From Chloroflexota bacterium (GTDB lineage: Bacteria > Chloroflexota > Dehalococcoidia > Bin125), in the NCBI GenBank assembly GCA_009838735.1, contig VXQZ01000011.1:17601-81600 (forward strand): a stretch of DNA of 64,000 nt, written 5' to 3'. Position 1 is the first letter of the stretch. Each line of letters opens with the position of its first letter. A program made the position numbers and the translations under genes. Below the pieces are notes generated by a model, which was not told where the DNA came from, searched no databases, and saw only the letters and a list, made by a program, of their open reading frames with translations. This document shows, piece by piece, positions 22,982-31,801 of this stretch.

Positions 22982-24124
22982 ATGAAATTCGGCATTTTCT
23001 ACGAAATCTCTGTTCCCCGACCCTGGGAGAACGACATCGAGCATGAGGTCTATCACCGCTGCCTTGAGCAGGTGCGGGTCGCCGATGAAATGGGATTCCA
23101 TTCGGTCTGGGCGGTCGAGCATCACTTCCTCGAGGAGTACTCGCATTGCTCCGCGCCCGAGCTGTTCCTGACCGCCTGCGCGATGCAGACCAAGCAGATC
23201 CGCGTCGGACATGGGATCGTCGTCTGCGTGCCCCAGTTCAACCACCCGATTCGCGCCGCCGAACGCGCCGCGGTGCTCGACATCCTCTCCGATGGCCGGC
23301 TCGAGTTCGGCACCGGACGCTCGGCCACCTGGACCGAGCTGGGCGGCATGGACGCCAACCCGGATGAGACCAAGGAAACCTGGGACGAGTACACGCGCAC
23401 GATCCCGCAGATGTGGACCAACGAGCGCTACGGCTACGAAGGCCGCGCCTTCCGCATGCCGACCCGCGCCGTGCTGCCCAAGCCCTACCAGAAGCCGCAT
23501 CCGCCGATGTGGGTCGCCGTTTCCTCGCCCGGCACCGAGATCGATGCCGCCGAGCGCGGCATGGGCTCGCTCGGCTTGACCTTCGGCGGCTTCGCCGAGC
23601 AGGAGGAGAAGGTCAATCGCTACCGCACCCGAATCCAGGACTGCGAGCCGGCCGGTCTGTTCGTCAACGAGCGGGTCGCCACGGTCAACTTCCTCTACTG
23701 CCACCCCGACAACGAGACCGGGATCAAGGTCGGCAGTCGTCTGACCGGCTCCTTCGGCTACCTCGCCGCGCAACTCCTGCCGGTCCGCGAAGTCCACCCG
23801 ACCCGCAGCTACCCGAACCCCGGTCTGCTCGCCGCGACACGTCAGCAGGCGGCGCAGAACCCCGGCGAGGGCGTCTCCGCGCCCGAGGGCGTCTGCATCG
23901 GCAACCCCGACCGGCTGGTCGAAGAGATCAAGAAGTGGGAGTCCTGCGGCGTCGATCAGATCAACTTCCTGCTCAACGCGCTGGAGACGATCCCGCAGGA
24001 GCAGGTGCTCGACAGTCTGCGCCTGTTTGGTGAGCAGGTCATGCCCCACTTCGTCGACGACAAGCCGGCGACCACCTCCGAACCGCGCGAGCTCGCCGCG
24101 ACGGCCGCCGCCGGCGGAGACTAG
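22982..24124 (+). CDS. LLM-class flavin/F420-dependent oxidoreductase (luciferase-like monooxygenase family)
   Basis: MKFGIFYEISVPRPWE...HSVWAVEHHF TIM-barrel LLM signature; ORF-track N-terminal extension from 22904 rejected in favour of MKFG start. Confidence 0.8.
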   Translation: MKFGIFYEISVPRPWENDIEHEVYHRCLEQVRVADEMGFHSVWAVEHHFLEEYSHCSAPELFLTACAMQTKQIRVGHGIVVCVPQFNHPIRAAERAAVLDILSDGRLEFGTGRSATWTELGGMDANPDETKETWDEYTRTIPQMWTNERYGYEGRAFRMPTRAVLPKPYQKPHPPMWVAVSSPGTEIDAAERGMGSLGLTFGGFAEQEEKVNRYRTRIQDCEPAGLFVNERVATVNFLYCHPDNETGIKVGSRLTGSFGYLAAQLLPVREVHPTRSYPNPGLLAATRQQAAQNPGEGVSAPEGVCIGNPDRLVEEIKKWESCGVDQINFLLNALETIPQEQVLDSLRLFGEQVMPHFVDDKPATTSEPRELAATAAAGGD

Positions 24125-24172
24125 TCGCGCCAACGCCGGCGAGGCACGACACGTCGCAATGAAAGGCTGCTG

Positions 24173-24922
24173 ATGCCAATCAACGGCAATGCCGACCCTG
24201 CTCTGCTGACCCGGTACGCGCCGACCATGTCGAGCCTCGACACCGAGTCGCTGACGCTGCCGGATGTCAAGGTGCTCCAGGTCATCTACGAGATCGACGA
24301 CTCGGTGATGGCCGAACTGCTGCCACCGGCCCTGCATCCGACGATTCCGCCCACGATCCACGTGATCGGCATGCGGGCCGAGGATGGTCCGCTTGGTCCG
24401 TTTACGATCGCCATCGTCCGCGTCGGCTGCCGCGCTGCGGTTCGACCACGCGGGTTGCCGACTCGCGCCGTCTGCACCGAGGGAGAGGCGGCAACGGCCC
24501 TGACCGAGCGCTGGGGATTCCCGATCACCGTCGGCGAGCCAGCCCTGCGCGAGCGCTATGACCGACAGTCGATCGAGGTCAACGACGGCAACGTGACCGT
24601 GCTCTCCGCCCAGCTCGTCGACCCGGTCCCGATTGGCAACGGCGACCTGCTCTACACGGCCGGAATGCACGTCGCCAACGTCGAGCGCGACGGGGAAACG
24701 AAGCCCTGGTTGGTGCAAGTCGACCCGGATTTCGAAGTCAGCCGCGCCGACCGCGGCAGCGCCCAGATCGACGCATTCGACAGCAACTTCTGGGACGCGC
24801 CCGACCTGCGTCCCGTGTATCCGATCGTCGCCAGCTACACCACGGCCAACATCACCTTGCCGAAGATCCGCTACATCTGCGACCCAATGCAGCCGGCGAT
24901 CAGCGGCACGGTTGCCCTGTAA
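24173..24922 (+). CDS. hypothetical protein (possibly acetoacetate decarboxylase-like fold)
   Basis: 249 aa, strong GC3 bias, compact spacing with neighbours; no confident motif. Confidence 0.5.
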   Translation: MPINGNADPALLTRYAPTMSSLDTESLTLPDVKVLQVIYEIDDSVMAELLPPALHPTIPPTIHVIGMRAEDGPLGPFTIAIVRVGCRAAVRPRGLPTRAVCTEGEAATALTERWGFPITVGEPALRERYDRQSIEVNDGNVTVLSAQLVDPVPIGNGDLLYTAGMHVANVERDGETKPWLVQVDPDFEVSRADRGSAQIDAFDSNFWDAPDLRPVYPIVASYTTANITLPKIRYICDPMQPAISGTVAL

Positions 24923-24933
24923 CGAGAGTTCCT

Positions 24934-24956
24934 CTCCCCCCGCGCAGCGGGGGGAG
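24934..24956 (+). terminator. GC-rich hairpin CTCCCCCCGC-GCA-GCGGGGGGAG (10-bp stem) after hypothetical gene
   Basis: Perfect inverted repeat read from sequence; no U-tract, so rho-independent termination uncertain. Confidence 0.4.
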
Positions 24957-24978
24957 ATGCCGAAGGCAGAGGGGGGCC

Positions 24979-25869
24979 ATGCCCGACACCGAGACCCTGT
25001 TCCCCGGCTTCCGCGAGCACAGGACGGGCCCAATCTTCGCCCGCGTTGGCGGCTCCGGCTCGCCGCTGTTGCTGCTCCATGGCTATCCGCAGACCGGCGC
25101 CATGTGGCACAAGATTGCGCCCGGACTGGCAGAGCAACACACCGTCGTCGTCGCCGACCTGCTCGGCTACGGCGCCAGCGACTCACCGCCGGGAGACGGC
25201 GGCGGAGAGGCCTACTCGAAGCGGGCCATGGCTGCCCACATGGTCGATCTGATGACCGACCTCGGCTTCGACACCTTCTCGCTCGCCGGGCACGATCGCG
25301 GTGGGCGCGTCTCGTATCGGCTGACCCTGGACCATCCGGAACGGGTCGAACGCCTCTCCCTGCTGGACATCATCCCCACCGCTGAACAGTTTGAGCAGAT
25401 GGGTATCGCCGGCGGCCTGGGCGGATTCCACTGGTACTTCCTCGCCCAGCCCGCGCCCTTGCCCGAGACACTGATCAACGGCGCGCCCGACTTCTTCCTC
25501 AAGCGAATGCTCGGCAGTTGGGCAGGCGAGGACGGCCAGACTGTCTTCACCGAGGCCGCGATGGCCGAGTACCTCGCCGCAGCCAATGACCAGGAAACGG
25601 TTCGCAGCTGGTGCGAGGACTATCGTTCCGGCGCGCGCTTCGACCTGAGCCTCGACAGGGCCGATCGCTCAGAGGGCAAGAAGATCACCTGTCCCCTCTT
25701 CGTGATCTGGGGCGCCGGACGCCAGCCCAGCCGGCGCGGCCGCTTCATGGCCACCTGGCATCGCTGGGCGACCAATGTCACCGGAGTCGGCCTCCCCTGC
25801 GGTCACTTCCTCCCCGAAGAACTTCCCGACGAAACCGAAGCCGCGCTCAAAGACTTCTTCGCCGACTGA
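24979..25869 (+). CDS. haloacetate/fluoroacetate dehalogenase-like alpha/beta hydrolase (epoxide hydrolase family)
   Basis: HGYPQTGAMWHKIAPGLAEQHTVVVADLLGYGASD and nucleophile motif GHDRGG, LDIIPT closely parallel haloacetate dehalogenase H-1/FAc-DEX. Confidence 0.7.
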   Translation: MPDTETLFPGFREHRTGPIFARVGGSGSPLLLLHGYPQTGAMWHKIAPGLAEQHTVVVADLLGYGASDSPPGDGGGEAYSKRAMAAHMVDLMTDLGFDTFSLAGHDRGGRVSYRLTLDHPERVERLSLLDIIPTAEQFEQMGIAGGLGGFHWYFLAQPAPLPETLINGAPDFFLKRMLGSWAGEDGQTVFTEAAMAEYLAAANDQETVRSWCEDYRSGARFDLSLDRADRSEGKKITCPLFVIWGAGRQPSRRGRFMATWHRWATNVTGVGLPCGHFLPEELPDETEAALKDFFAD

Positions 25870-25923
25870 TTGAGCGCTTGTACGCTCACAGCGAACCGAT
25901 CCAGGCCCTGCAAGGAGCAACAA

Positions 25924-26514
25924 ATGGATCCCGTCACGACATTCAGCGGTACCGGGTTGCCGCTTGACCGCGCCGATGTTGACACCGACCAAATCATCCC
26001 GGCCAAGTACTTGAAGCGGATTGAGCGCACGGGTTATGGTCCCTTCGCCTTTGAGGCCTGGGCCAAGGATCCGGACTTCGTCACGAACCAGCCTCAATAC
26101 GAAGGCGCCAGCGTGCTGCTCGCCGGACCGAACTTTGGCTGCGGCTCCTCTCGCGAGCATGCAGTCTGGGCGATCCAGGGGATGGGAGTCAAAGCGGTGA
26201 TCGCGCCCGGCTTCGCCGACATCTTCCGCAACAACTCGGCCAAAATGGGACTGCTCACGATCCAGTTGCCGCAACCGGATGTCGAGGAACTCATGCGCAT
26301 GGTCGAGTCGGAGTCAAACACGCCGATCACGGTCAGCCTCGAAGAGCAGACCGTCACCGCGCCGGGCGGCTGGGTGCGCTCCTTCGATATCGCTCCGTTC
26401 GTCAAGCACTGCCTGCTCAACGGCCTCGACGACATCTCCCTGACGCTGGAGCATGACGACCTGATTTCCGACTACGAGTCGAAGCGACCGACAACGAAAC
26501 CGGTCACTGCCTAG
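25924..26514 (+). CDS. leuD: 3-isopropylmalate dehydratase small subunit
   Basis: LPLDRADVDTDQIIPAKYLKRIERTGYG...GPNFGCGSSREHA aconitase swivel-domain motifs; RBS AGGAGCA before ATG 25924. Confidence 0.85.
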   Translation: MDPVTTFSGTGLPLDRADVDTDQIIPAKYLKRIERTGYGPFAFEAWAKDPDFVTNQPQYEGASVLLAGPNFGCGSSREHAVWAIQGMGVKAVIAPGFADIFRNNSAKMGLLTIQLPQPDVEELMRMVESESNTPITVSLEEQTVTAPGGWVRSFDIAPFVKHCLLNGLDDISLTLEHDDLISDYESKRPTTKPVTA

Positions 26515-26574
26515 GATCAACCCAGGCTCAGGCGCCTCCGACACCGAATCCCAGGACGCCCCGATTCTCCTAGC

Positions 26575-26607
26575 GTCGACGATCTGGCTGAGGACCTGAT
26601 CGTCGAC
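26575..26607 (+). promoter_or_regulatory. inverted repeat GTCGACGATC-N13-GATCGTCGAC downstream of leuD
   Basis: Perfect 10-bp arms; followed by TTGACG hexamer; hairpin or operator. Confidence 0.35.
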
Positions 26608-26680
26608 TTGACGAGAGTCTGCCGCTGGCTCCCTATCCTGTTTCCAATCAAGAACAAGGTCCATTGGACAGAAACTCCAC

Positions 26681-26839
26681 ATGCCCGAGCATCCACGGCC
26701 AACCATCGGCGACACCATCACCAACCTGCGCCGTTCGATCGGCCGGCGTCACGCCATCTATGGGTTCATCAAGAACAACCTGATCAAGTTGCGGAATGTT
26801 GACAACTGCTGCGGCAACTACGGTGATCCGGGCTGTTGA
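26681..26839 (+). CDS. small peptide (52 aa) ending CCGNYGDPGC; paralog of 27040..27201
   Basis: Found by eye (below ORF-track size cutoff): MPEHPRPTIGDTITNLRRSIGRRHAIYGFIKNNLIKLRNVDNCCGNYGDPGC; shares PxP[ST][IF]xD[TA]I[TA]NLR leader and CCGxYGxPGC end with second copy, plus conserved 30-nt 3-prime flank. Confidence 0.55.
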   Translation: MPEHPRPTIGDTITNLRRSIGRRHAIYGFIKNNLIKLRNVDNCCGNYGDPGC

Positions 26840-26869
26840 GTGTCCGGCGAGCGCGCTCGGGCCGAGCGC
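26840..26869 (+). promoter_or_regulatory. conserved GC stem-loop (GCGCTCGG-g-CCGAGCGC) within 30-nt element TGAGTGTCCGGCGAGCGCGCTCGGGCCGAGCGC immediately after peptide 1 stop
   Basis: Near-identical element follows peptide 2 (27202..27231); start codon of His-rich mini-ORF abuts it. Confidence 0.5.
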
Positions 26870-26935
26870 ATGGAGTCAGATGACCATGACCATCACCACG
26901 GCCACGATCATGGCCACGGACATGACCATCACTAG
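26870..26935 (+). CDS. His/Asp-rich mini-ORF (21 aa: MESDDHDHHHGHDHGHGHDHH)
   Basis: ATG directly after stem-loop; 11 His of 21 codons; could equally be non-coding; antisense 60-aa ORF 26876..27058 in track is the mirror image. Confidence 0.3.
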   Translation: MESDDHDHHHGHDHGHGHDHH

Positions 26936-27039
26936 TTCAGTAGTCGGCGCTACTGCGGTGAGTGCTGAAGATTGACCGCGATGAAGGCTCAGAATTCTCA
27001 GACTTCCGCGGTTGAGTAGAAGCGACTGAAAGAGATCCG

Positions 27040-27201
27040 ATGTGTAAGCCCCCGACACCCTCCTTCCGGGACGCGATTGCGAATCTGCGCGCCGATGGTC
27101 GTCAGGGCCTGGGCCTGGTCACCGGCGTGCTCGCCATTTGGTGGAATAGGCTGACGGAGCGACAGACTTGCTGCGGCGACTACGGAGCGCCGGGCTGTTG
27201 A
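27040..27201 (+). CDS. small peptide (53 aa) ending CCGDYGAPGC; paralog of 26681..26839
   Basis: MCKPPTPSFRDAIANLRADGRQGLGLVTGVLAIWWNRLTERQTCCGDYGAPGC; same leader and C-terminal motifs and same 3-prime stem-loop as first copy. Confidence 0.55.
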   Translation: MCKPPTPSFRDAIANLRADGRQGLGLVTGVLAIWWNRLTERQTCCGDYGAPGC

Positions 27202-27231
27202 GTCTCCCCCGAACGCGCTCCGGGTGAGCGC
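27202..27231 (+). promoter_or_regulatory. conserved GC stem-loop (GCGCTC-cgggt-GAGCGC) after peptide 2, 27 nt before leuB RBS/ATG
   Basis: Paralogous to element at 26840..26869. Confidence 0.5.
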
Positions 27232-27258
27232 CCAACCGACGATTAGGAACCGAGACGT

Positions 27259-28353
27259 ATGGCCCATTTCAGGATTGCGCTTCTGCCCGGTGACGGGATT
27301 GGCGGCGAAGTCATCGGGCAGGCGATCCGCGTGCTCGATGCCGTAGGCGGCCGATTCGATCACTCCTTTGAGTACAGCGAAGACCTGGTCGGCGGCGCAT
27401 CGATCGACGCCCATGGAGTCGCCTTGCGCGACGAAACGCTGGAGATGTGCCAGGCCCAGGACGCCGTGCTGTTCGGCGCCGTGGGCGGACCGAAGTGGGA
27501 CGATCCGAAAGCCACGGTCCGGCCGGAACAGGCAATCCTTGGCCTGCGCAAGGGACTCGGGCTGTTCGCGAACATCCGCCCGGTCAAGATGCTGCCGATT
27601 CTCGCCGACGCTACACCGCTCAAGCGGGAAACCGTGGAAGCCGTCGATATGGTCGTGCTGCGCGAACTGACCGGAGGCATCTACTTCGGCGAGCCGCAGC
27701 GCCGCTGGGAAGAAGATGGCCAGCGCAAGGCTGTCGACACACTTGCCTACTCGGAGGAGGAAGTCGAGCGGATTGTTCGCCTCGGGTTTGAGACCGCGCA
27801 AGGCCGCCGCAGGCTGCTGACTTCCGTCGACAAGGCCAACATCCTCGACACATCCCGCATGTGGCGCGAGATTGCCGACGAGGTCGCGAAGGACTACCCG
27901 GACGTCACGCTCGAGCATCGGCTCGTCGACGCCTGCGCGATGGACCTGATCCGGCACCCGTCCTACTTCGACGTGATTGTGACCGAGAACATGTTCGGCG
28001 ACATCCTCACGGATGAGGCATCCATGCTGGCCGGTTCGATGGGCATGTTGCCCTCCGCCTCTCTGGGCGCCTCGGAGGACGGCTCGACGCTGGGTCTCTA
28101 CGAGCCGATTCATGGCACCGCACCCGACATCGCCGGCCAGGGCATCGCCAATCCGATGGCCATGATTCTGAGCGCGGCGCTGATGCTGCGTTACTCGCTG
28201 GGTCTTGAACAGGAAGCAAGCGCCATCGAAGAGGCTGTCTCCAACACGCTCGCTGCTGGCCATCGTTCAGCCGATCTCGCCGCTGAAGGCGAGGAGCCAC
28301 TCGGTACCGAAGCGCTCGGAAATCTGATCACCCAAGCAGTCGCCGGCAGCTGA
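27259..28353 (+). CDS. leuB: 3-isopropylmalate dehydrogenase
   Basis: [19 protein letters not shown] N-terminus, [27 protein letters not shown] active-site motif; 364 aa. Confidence 0.9.
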   Translation: [364 protein letters not shown]

Positions 28354-28402
28354 GATCATCGCTCGCCGAATCCCGCAAGCACACAGTTCGTAGAGTTCGA
28401 CC

Positions 28403-31400
28403 ATGCCCATTCAACGCCTTCTCGTCGCCAACCGTGGTGAAATCGCCGTCCGCATCTTGCGCACCGCTACTGAGCTGGGAATTGTCACCGCCGCAGTGCA
28501 TTCCTCCGACGATGCCGCCTCTGACCACATTCAGCATGCAGAGACGGTCATTGAGCTCTCCGGAATCGGACCCGCAGCCTACCTCGACATAGACCAGATC
28601 GTTGATCGCGCCAAAGAGCACGACTGCGATGCGATCCATCCCGGCTACGGCTTCCTGGCCGAGAACGCCGACTTTGCCCGCGCCTGCGAAGAGGCAGGCA
28701 TCACCTTCGTTGGACCCTCGCCGGCTGCGCTGGCGCTGTTCGGGGACAAGGCGCGCGCACGCACACTGGCCGGCGCGCGCAGCGTCCCCGTCCTCACGGG
28801 TACGGACCACGCGGTCGACCTCGATGGAGCGCGCGCCTTCTTCGAGCAGCTCGACGGCCGGCCGATGGTGATCAAGGCAATCGGAGGCGGTGGCGGACGC
28901 GGGATGAGAGCGATCAGTGAGGCCGCCGAGATTGAGGATGCGTTCGAGCGCTGTACGCGGGAGGCTCAGGCGGCTTTCGGCAATGGCGCATTGTTCGTCG
29001 AGCGGTTTATTCCTCGAGCGCGACACATCGAGGTCCAGATCGTGGGTGACCAGCACGGCCATGTGACACACGTGGGCGAACGAGAATGCACAATTCAGCG
29101 TCGTTATCAAAAGCTGATCGAAATCGCGCCGTCGCCAACGCTCAGCGACAGTCTTCGCGAGCGAATCACGACCGCCGCGGTCGAGTTGGCGGAGGCCGGA
29201 GGCTACTCCAATCTCGGCACATTCGAGTTCCTGGTTGATGCCGATACGGGCGATGACTTCGCCTTCATCGAGGCCAACGCCCGTCTGCAGGTTGAACACA
29301 CCGTGACCGAAGAAGTGGCCGGACTCGACCTGGTCGAGTGCCAGCTGCGGATCGCCGAAGGTGCGACGCTCATCGATCTCGGCATGGAATCGCCGCCGCC
29401 ACTTCGAGGGTTTGCGATTCAGTCGCGGGTCAATCTCGAGCGGATGCGTGAGGACGGCGATGTCCGTCCAGCCGCCGGCGCGCTGCGCACCTTCCGTCCG
29501 CCGGCCGGGCCGGGCGTCCGTGTCGACACGTACGGCTATGCCGGATACGCGGCCAATCCCAACTTTGACTCGTTGATCGCCAAGGTCGTGACCCGACATC
29601 CCAGCAGCGAATTCAAGGACGCCGTGCGCCGGGCGCAACGCGCGCTGGACGAGTTCCAGCTCGAAGGCCCCGATTCGAACATTGGCTTCTTGCGCAACAT
29701 CCTGGGACACCCCGAGTTCGTCGCCGGCGATGTCCACACCCGCTGGATCGACGAGCGAATCGGCGAGTTGGCGGTCACCTCTGACAACGGCGCATCCGCC
29801 GGAGGTCAGTCGGCCTGGGCCGGCGCCCAGGTGGAGAACCAGGTCACCGATCCGCTCGCCGCACTTGACTTTTTCCGCCAGGGCGCCGGCGCCGCATCGC
29901 TCGATGTCAACCGTGGACTTGAGGAAGACCGCGCTGGCTTCCCCGCGCCCGAAATCATCGGCCCGCCGGGCACGGAACCGCTGCGCGCTCCGATCCAGGG
30001 CACGATCATCGAGATTCTTGTCGGCGAGGGCGACTCAGTCGTCGCCGGCCAGGATGTGATCATCATGAATGCGATGAAGATGGAGCACGTGCTCCAGGCA
30101 GACATCGGCGGCATCGCGCAGGAAATCACCGTATCGATCGGCGACATCATCTGGGAAGGCCACCCGCTCGTATTCATCGAGCCGGCCGACGTCGGCCCCG
30201 CTCTGGATGACGGCGCCGGTGAAATCGACCTTGACTACATCCGACCCGACCTGCAGCACAACATCGACCTGCACGAGGCCCTGCTCGACCACAATCGCGA
30301 GGGGCCGGTAGCCAGGCGTCACGCCAAGGGCAAGCGCACCGCCCGCGAGAACATTGCCCAGCTTGTCGAGGGCGGCGCCTGGACTGAGTACATGCCGCTC
30401 GGCGTGGCTGCGCAACGTCGCGTGCGATCGTGGGAAGAGTTGCGCCGTGTTTCACCGGCCGACGGCCTGATCTGCGGGATCGGAACAGTCAACGCCGATT
30501 TGTTTGACAACTCCACGGCCTCGACCGCGATCATCTCCTACGACGAGACCGTTTGGGCCGGGACGCAGGGCCTGCGCGGCCATGAGAAGACCGATCGCAT
30601 GGTCGAGACCGCGCACCGGCTGCTCACGCCGCTGGTATTCATCGCCGAAGGCGCCGGCGGGCGTTCGGGCGACACCGATGCGGCGTACACGCGCGTCGCG
30701 GCCCGCAACGTGCGCACCTTCGAGCGCCTGGCCGAGCTCTCGGGCCGCGTGCCGATGGTCTCGATCACCGCCGGACGCTGCTTTGCCGGTAATGCCTCAA
30801 TGCTGGGTATGTGCGACATCATCGTCGCGACCGAAGGTTCCAACATCGCCATGGGCGGACCCGCAGTCATCGAAGGCGGTGGCCTTGGCCTCTTCCTGCC
30901 AGAGGAACTCGGGCCGATGTCGCAACAGGTACCCAACGGCGTCGTCGACATCTTCGTCAAGGACGAAGATGAAGCGATGGCCGCAGTGAAGAAATACCTC
31001 TCCTACTTCCAGGGCCGGCTCACGGAATGGAGCGCCCCCGATCAACGCCAACTGCGCCACGTGATTCCTGAGAACCGGCTGCGCACCTACGACGTGCGCA
31101 AGGTCATCGACCTGCTGGCTGACCACGACTCGGTGTTGGAACTGCGACCCGAGTTCGGCATCGGCGTCGTGACGGCACTGATTCGCATCGAAGGCCGGTC
31201 GGTCGGCGTGATCGCCAACAACAACATGCACCTCGGCGGCGCGGTCGACAGCGATGGCTCGGACAAGCTGGCCCGCTTCGCCCAGATCTGCGACTGCTGG
31301 AACATCCCTCTCCTCACGCTGGTCGATACGCCGGGCATGATGGTCGGTCCCGAGGTCGAGAAGACGGCCCTGGTCCGCCACTGCCACCGGGTCTTCGTCT

Positions 31401-31801
31401 CGCTGGCCAACCTGACCACGCCGAAGATGACGATCACGCTGCGCAAGTGCTACGGGCTCGGCGGCCTGGCGATGCTCGCCGGCAGCACTGAAGCCGGCCT
31501 GTTCAACGTCGGCTGGCCGACCTCCGAGTACGGCGGCATGAATCTTGAAGCAGGCGTCAAGCTCGGCGCGCGGTCGCAGCTTGAGAAGATCGAGGATCTC
31601 GAAGAGCGCACCCGCGTCTACGAGGAGATGGTCGCCGACGCCTACGAACGCGGCAATGCCGTCAACGCCGCCACGGTGCTCGAGTCGGACGACGTGATCG
31701 ACCCGGCCGAGACGCGCCAGTGGATCCTGCGCCTGCTCGATGCCGTGCCCAACTCCGAACCGATCCGCGAGGGTCGGCGGCCGTACATCGACAGCTGGTA
31801 G
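28403..31801 (+). CDS. single-chain biotin-dependent acyl-CoA carboxylase (biotin carboxylase + biotinyl domain + carboxyltransferase; alpha-beta fusion of PCC/MCC type)
   Basis: N-terminal ATP-grasp BC domain (RILVANRGEIAVRI..., GGGGRGMR), biotin attachment AMKM at ~aa 560, C-terminal ~530-aa crotonase-fold CT domain resembling propionyl-CoA carboxylase beta. Confidence 0.85.
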   Translation: MPIQRLLVANRGEIAVRILRTATELGIVTAAVHSSDDAASDHIQHAETVIELSGIGPAAYLDIDQIVDRAKEHDCDAIHPGYGFLAENADFARACEEAGITFVGPSPAALALFGDKARARTLAGARSVPVLTGTDHAVDLDGARAFFEQLDGRPMVIKAIGGGGGRGMRAISEAAEIEDAFERCTREAQAAFGNGALFVERFIPRARHIEVQIVGDQHGHVTHVGERECTIQRRYQKLIEIAPSPTLSDSLRERITTAAVELAEAGGYSNLGTFEFLVDADTGDDFAFIEANARLQVEHTVTEEVAGLDLVECQLRIAEGATLIDLGMESPPPLRGFAIQSRVNLERMREDGDVRPAAGALRTFRPPAGPGVRVDTYGYAGYAANPNFDSLIAKVVTRHPSSEFKDAVRRAQRALDEFQLEGPDSNIGFLRNILGHPEFVAGDVHTRWIDERIGELAVTSDNGASAGGQSAWAGAQVENQVTDPLAALDFFRQGAGAASLDVNRGLEEDRAGFPAPEIIGPPGTEPLRAPIQGTIIEILVGEGDSVVAGQDVIIMNAMKMEHVLQADIGGIAQEITVSIGDIIWEGHPLVFIEPADVGPALDDGAGEIDLDYIRPDLQHNIDLHEALLDHNREGPVARRHAKGKRTARENIAQLVEGGAWTEYMPLGVAAQRRVRSWEELRRVSPADGLICGIGTVNADLFDNSTASTAIISYDETVWAGTQGLRGHEKTDRMVETAHRLLTPLVFIAEGAGGRSGDTDAAYTRVAARNVRTFERLAELSGRVPMVSITAGRCFAGNASMLGMCDIIVATEGSNIAMGGPAVIEGGGLGLFLPEELGPMSQQVPNGVVDIFVKDEDEAMAAVKKYLSYFQGRLTEWSAPDQRQLRHVIPENRLRTYDVRKVIDLLADHDSVLELRPEFGIGVVTALIRIEGRSVGVIANNNMHLGGAVDSDGSDKLARFAQICDCWNIPLLTLVDTPGMMVGPEVEKTALVRHCHRVFVSLANLTTPKMTITLRKCYGLGGLAMLAGSTEAGLFNVGWPTSEYGGMNLEAGVKLGARSQLEKIEDLEERTRVYEEMVADAYERGNAVNAATVLESDDVIDPAETRQWILRLLDAVPNSEPIREGRRPYIDSW

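Noticed and set aside
22871-25186. 771-aa minus-strand ORF spanning three plus-strand genes
   Set aside because: It is antisense to an LLM oxidoreductase, a hypothetical protein and a dehalogenase-like hydrolase, all with recognisable motifs. Long stop-free antisense frames are expected at ~66% GC, and this one shows no codon-usage or homology support.
26870-26935. His-rich 21-codon ORF read as a histidine-attenuation leader (hisL-like)
   Set aside because: No his biosynthesis genes follow it, and its His codons alternate with Asp/Gly rather than forming an uninterrupted run. It is kept as a low-confidence metal-binding/coupled mini-ORF instead.
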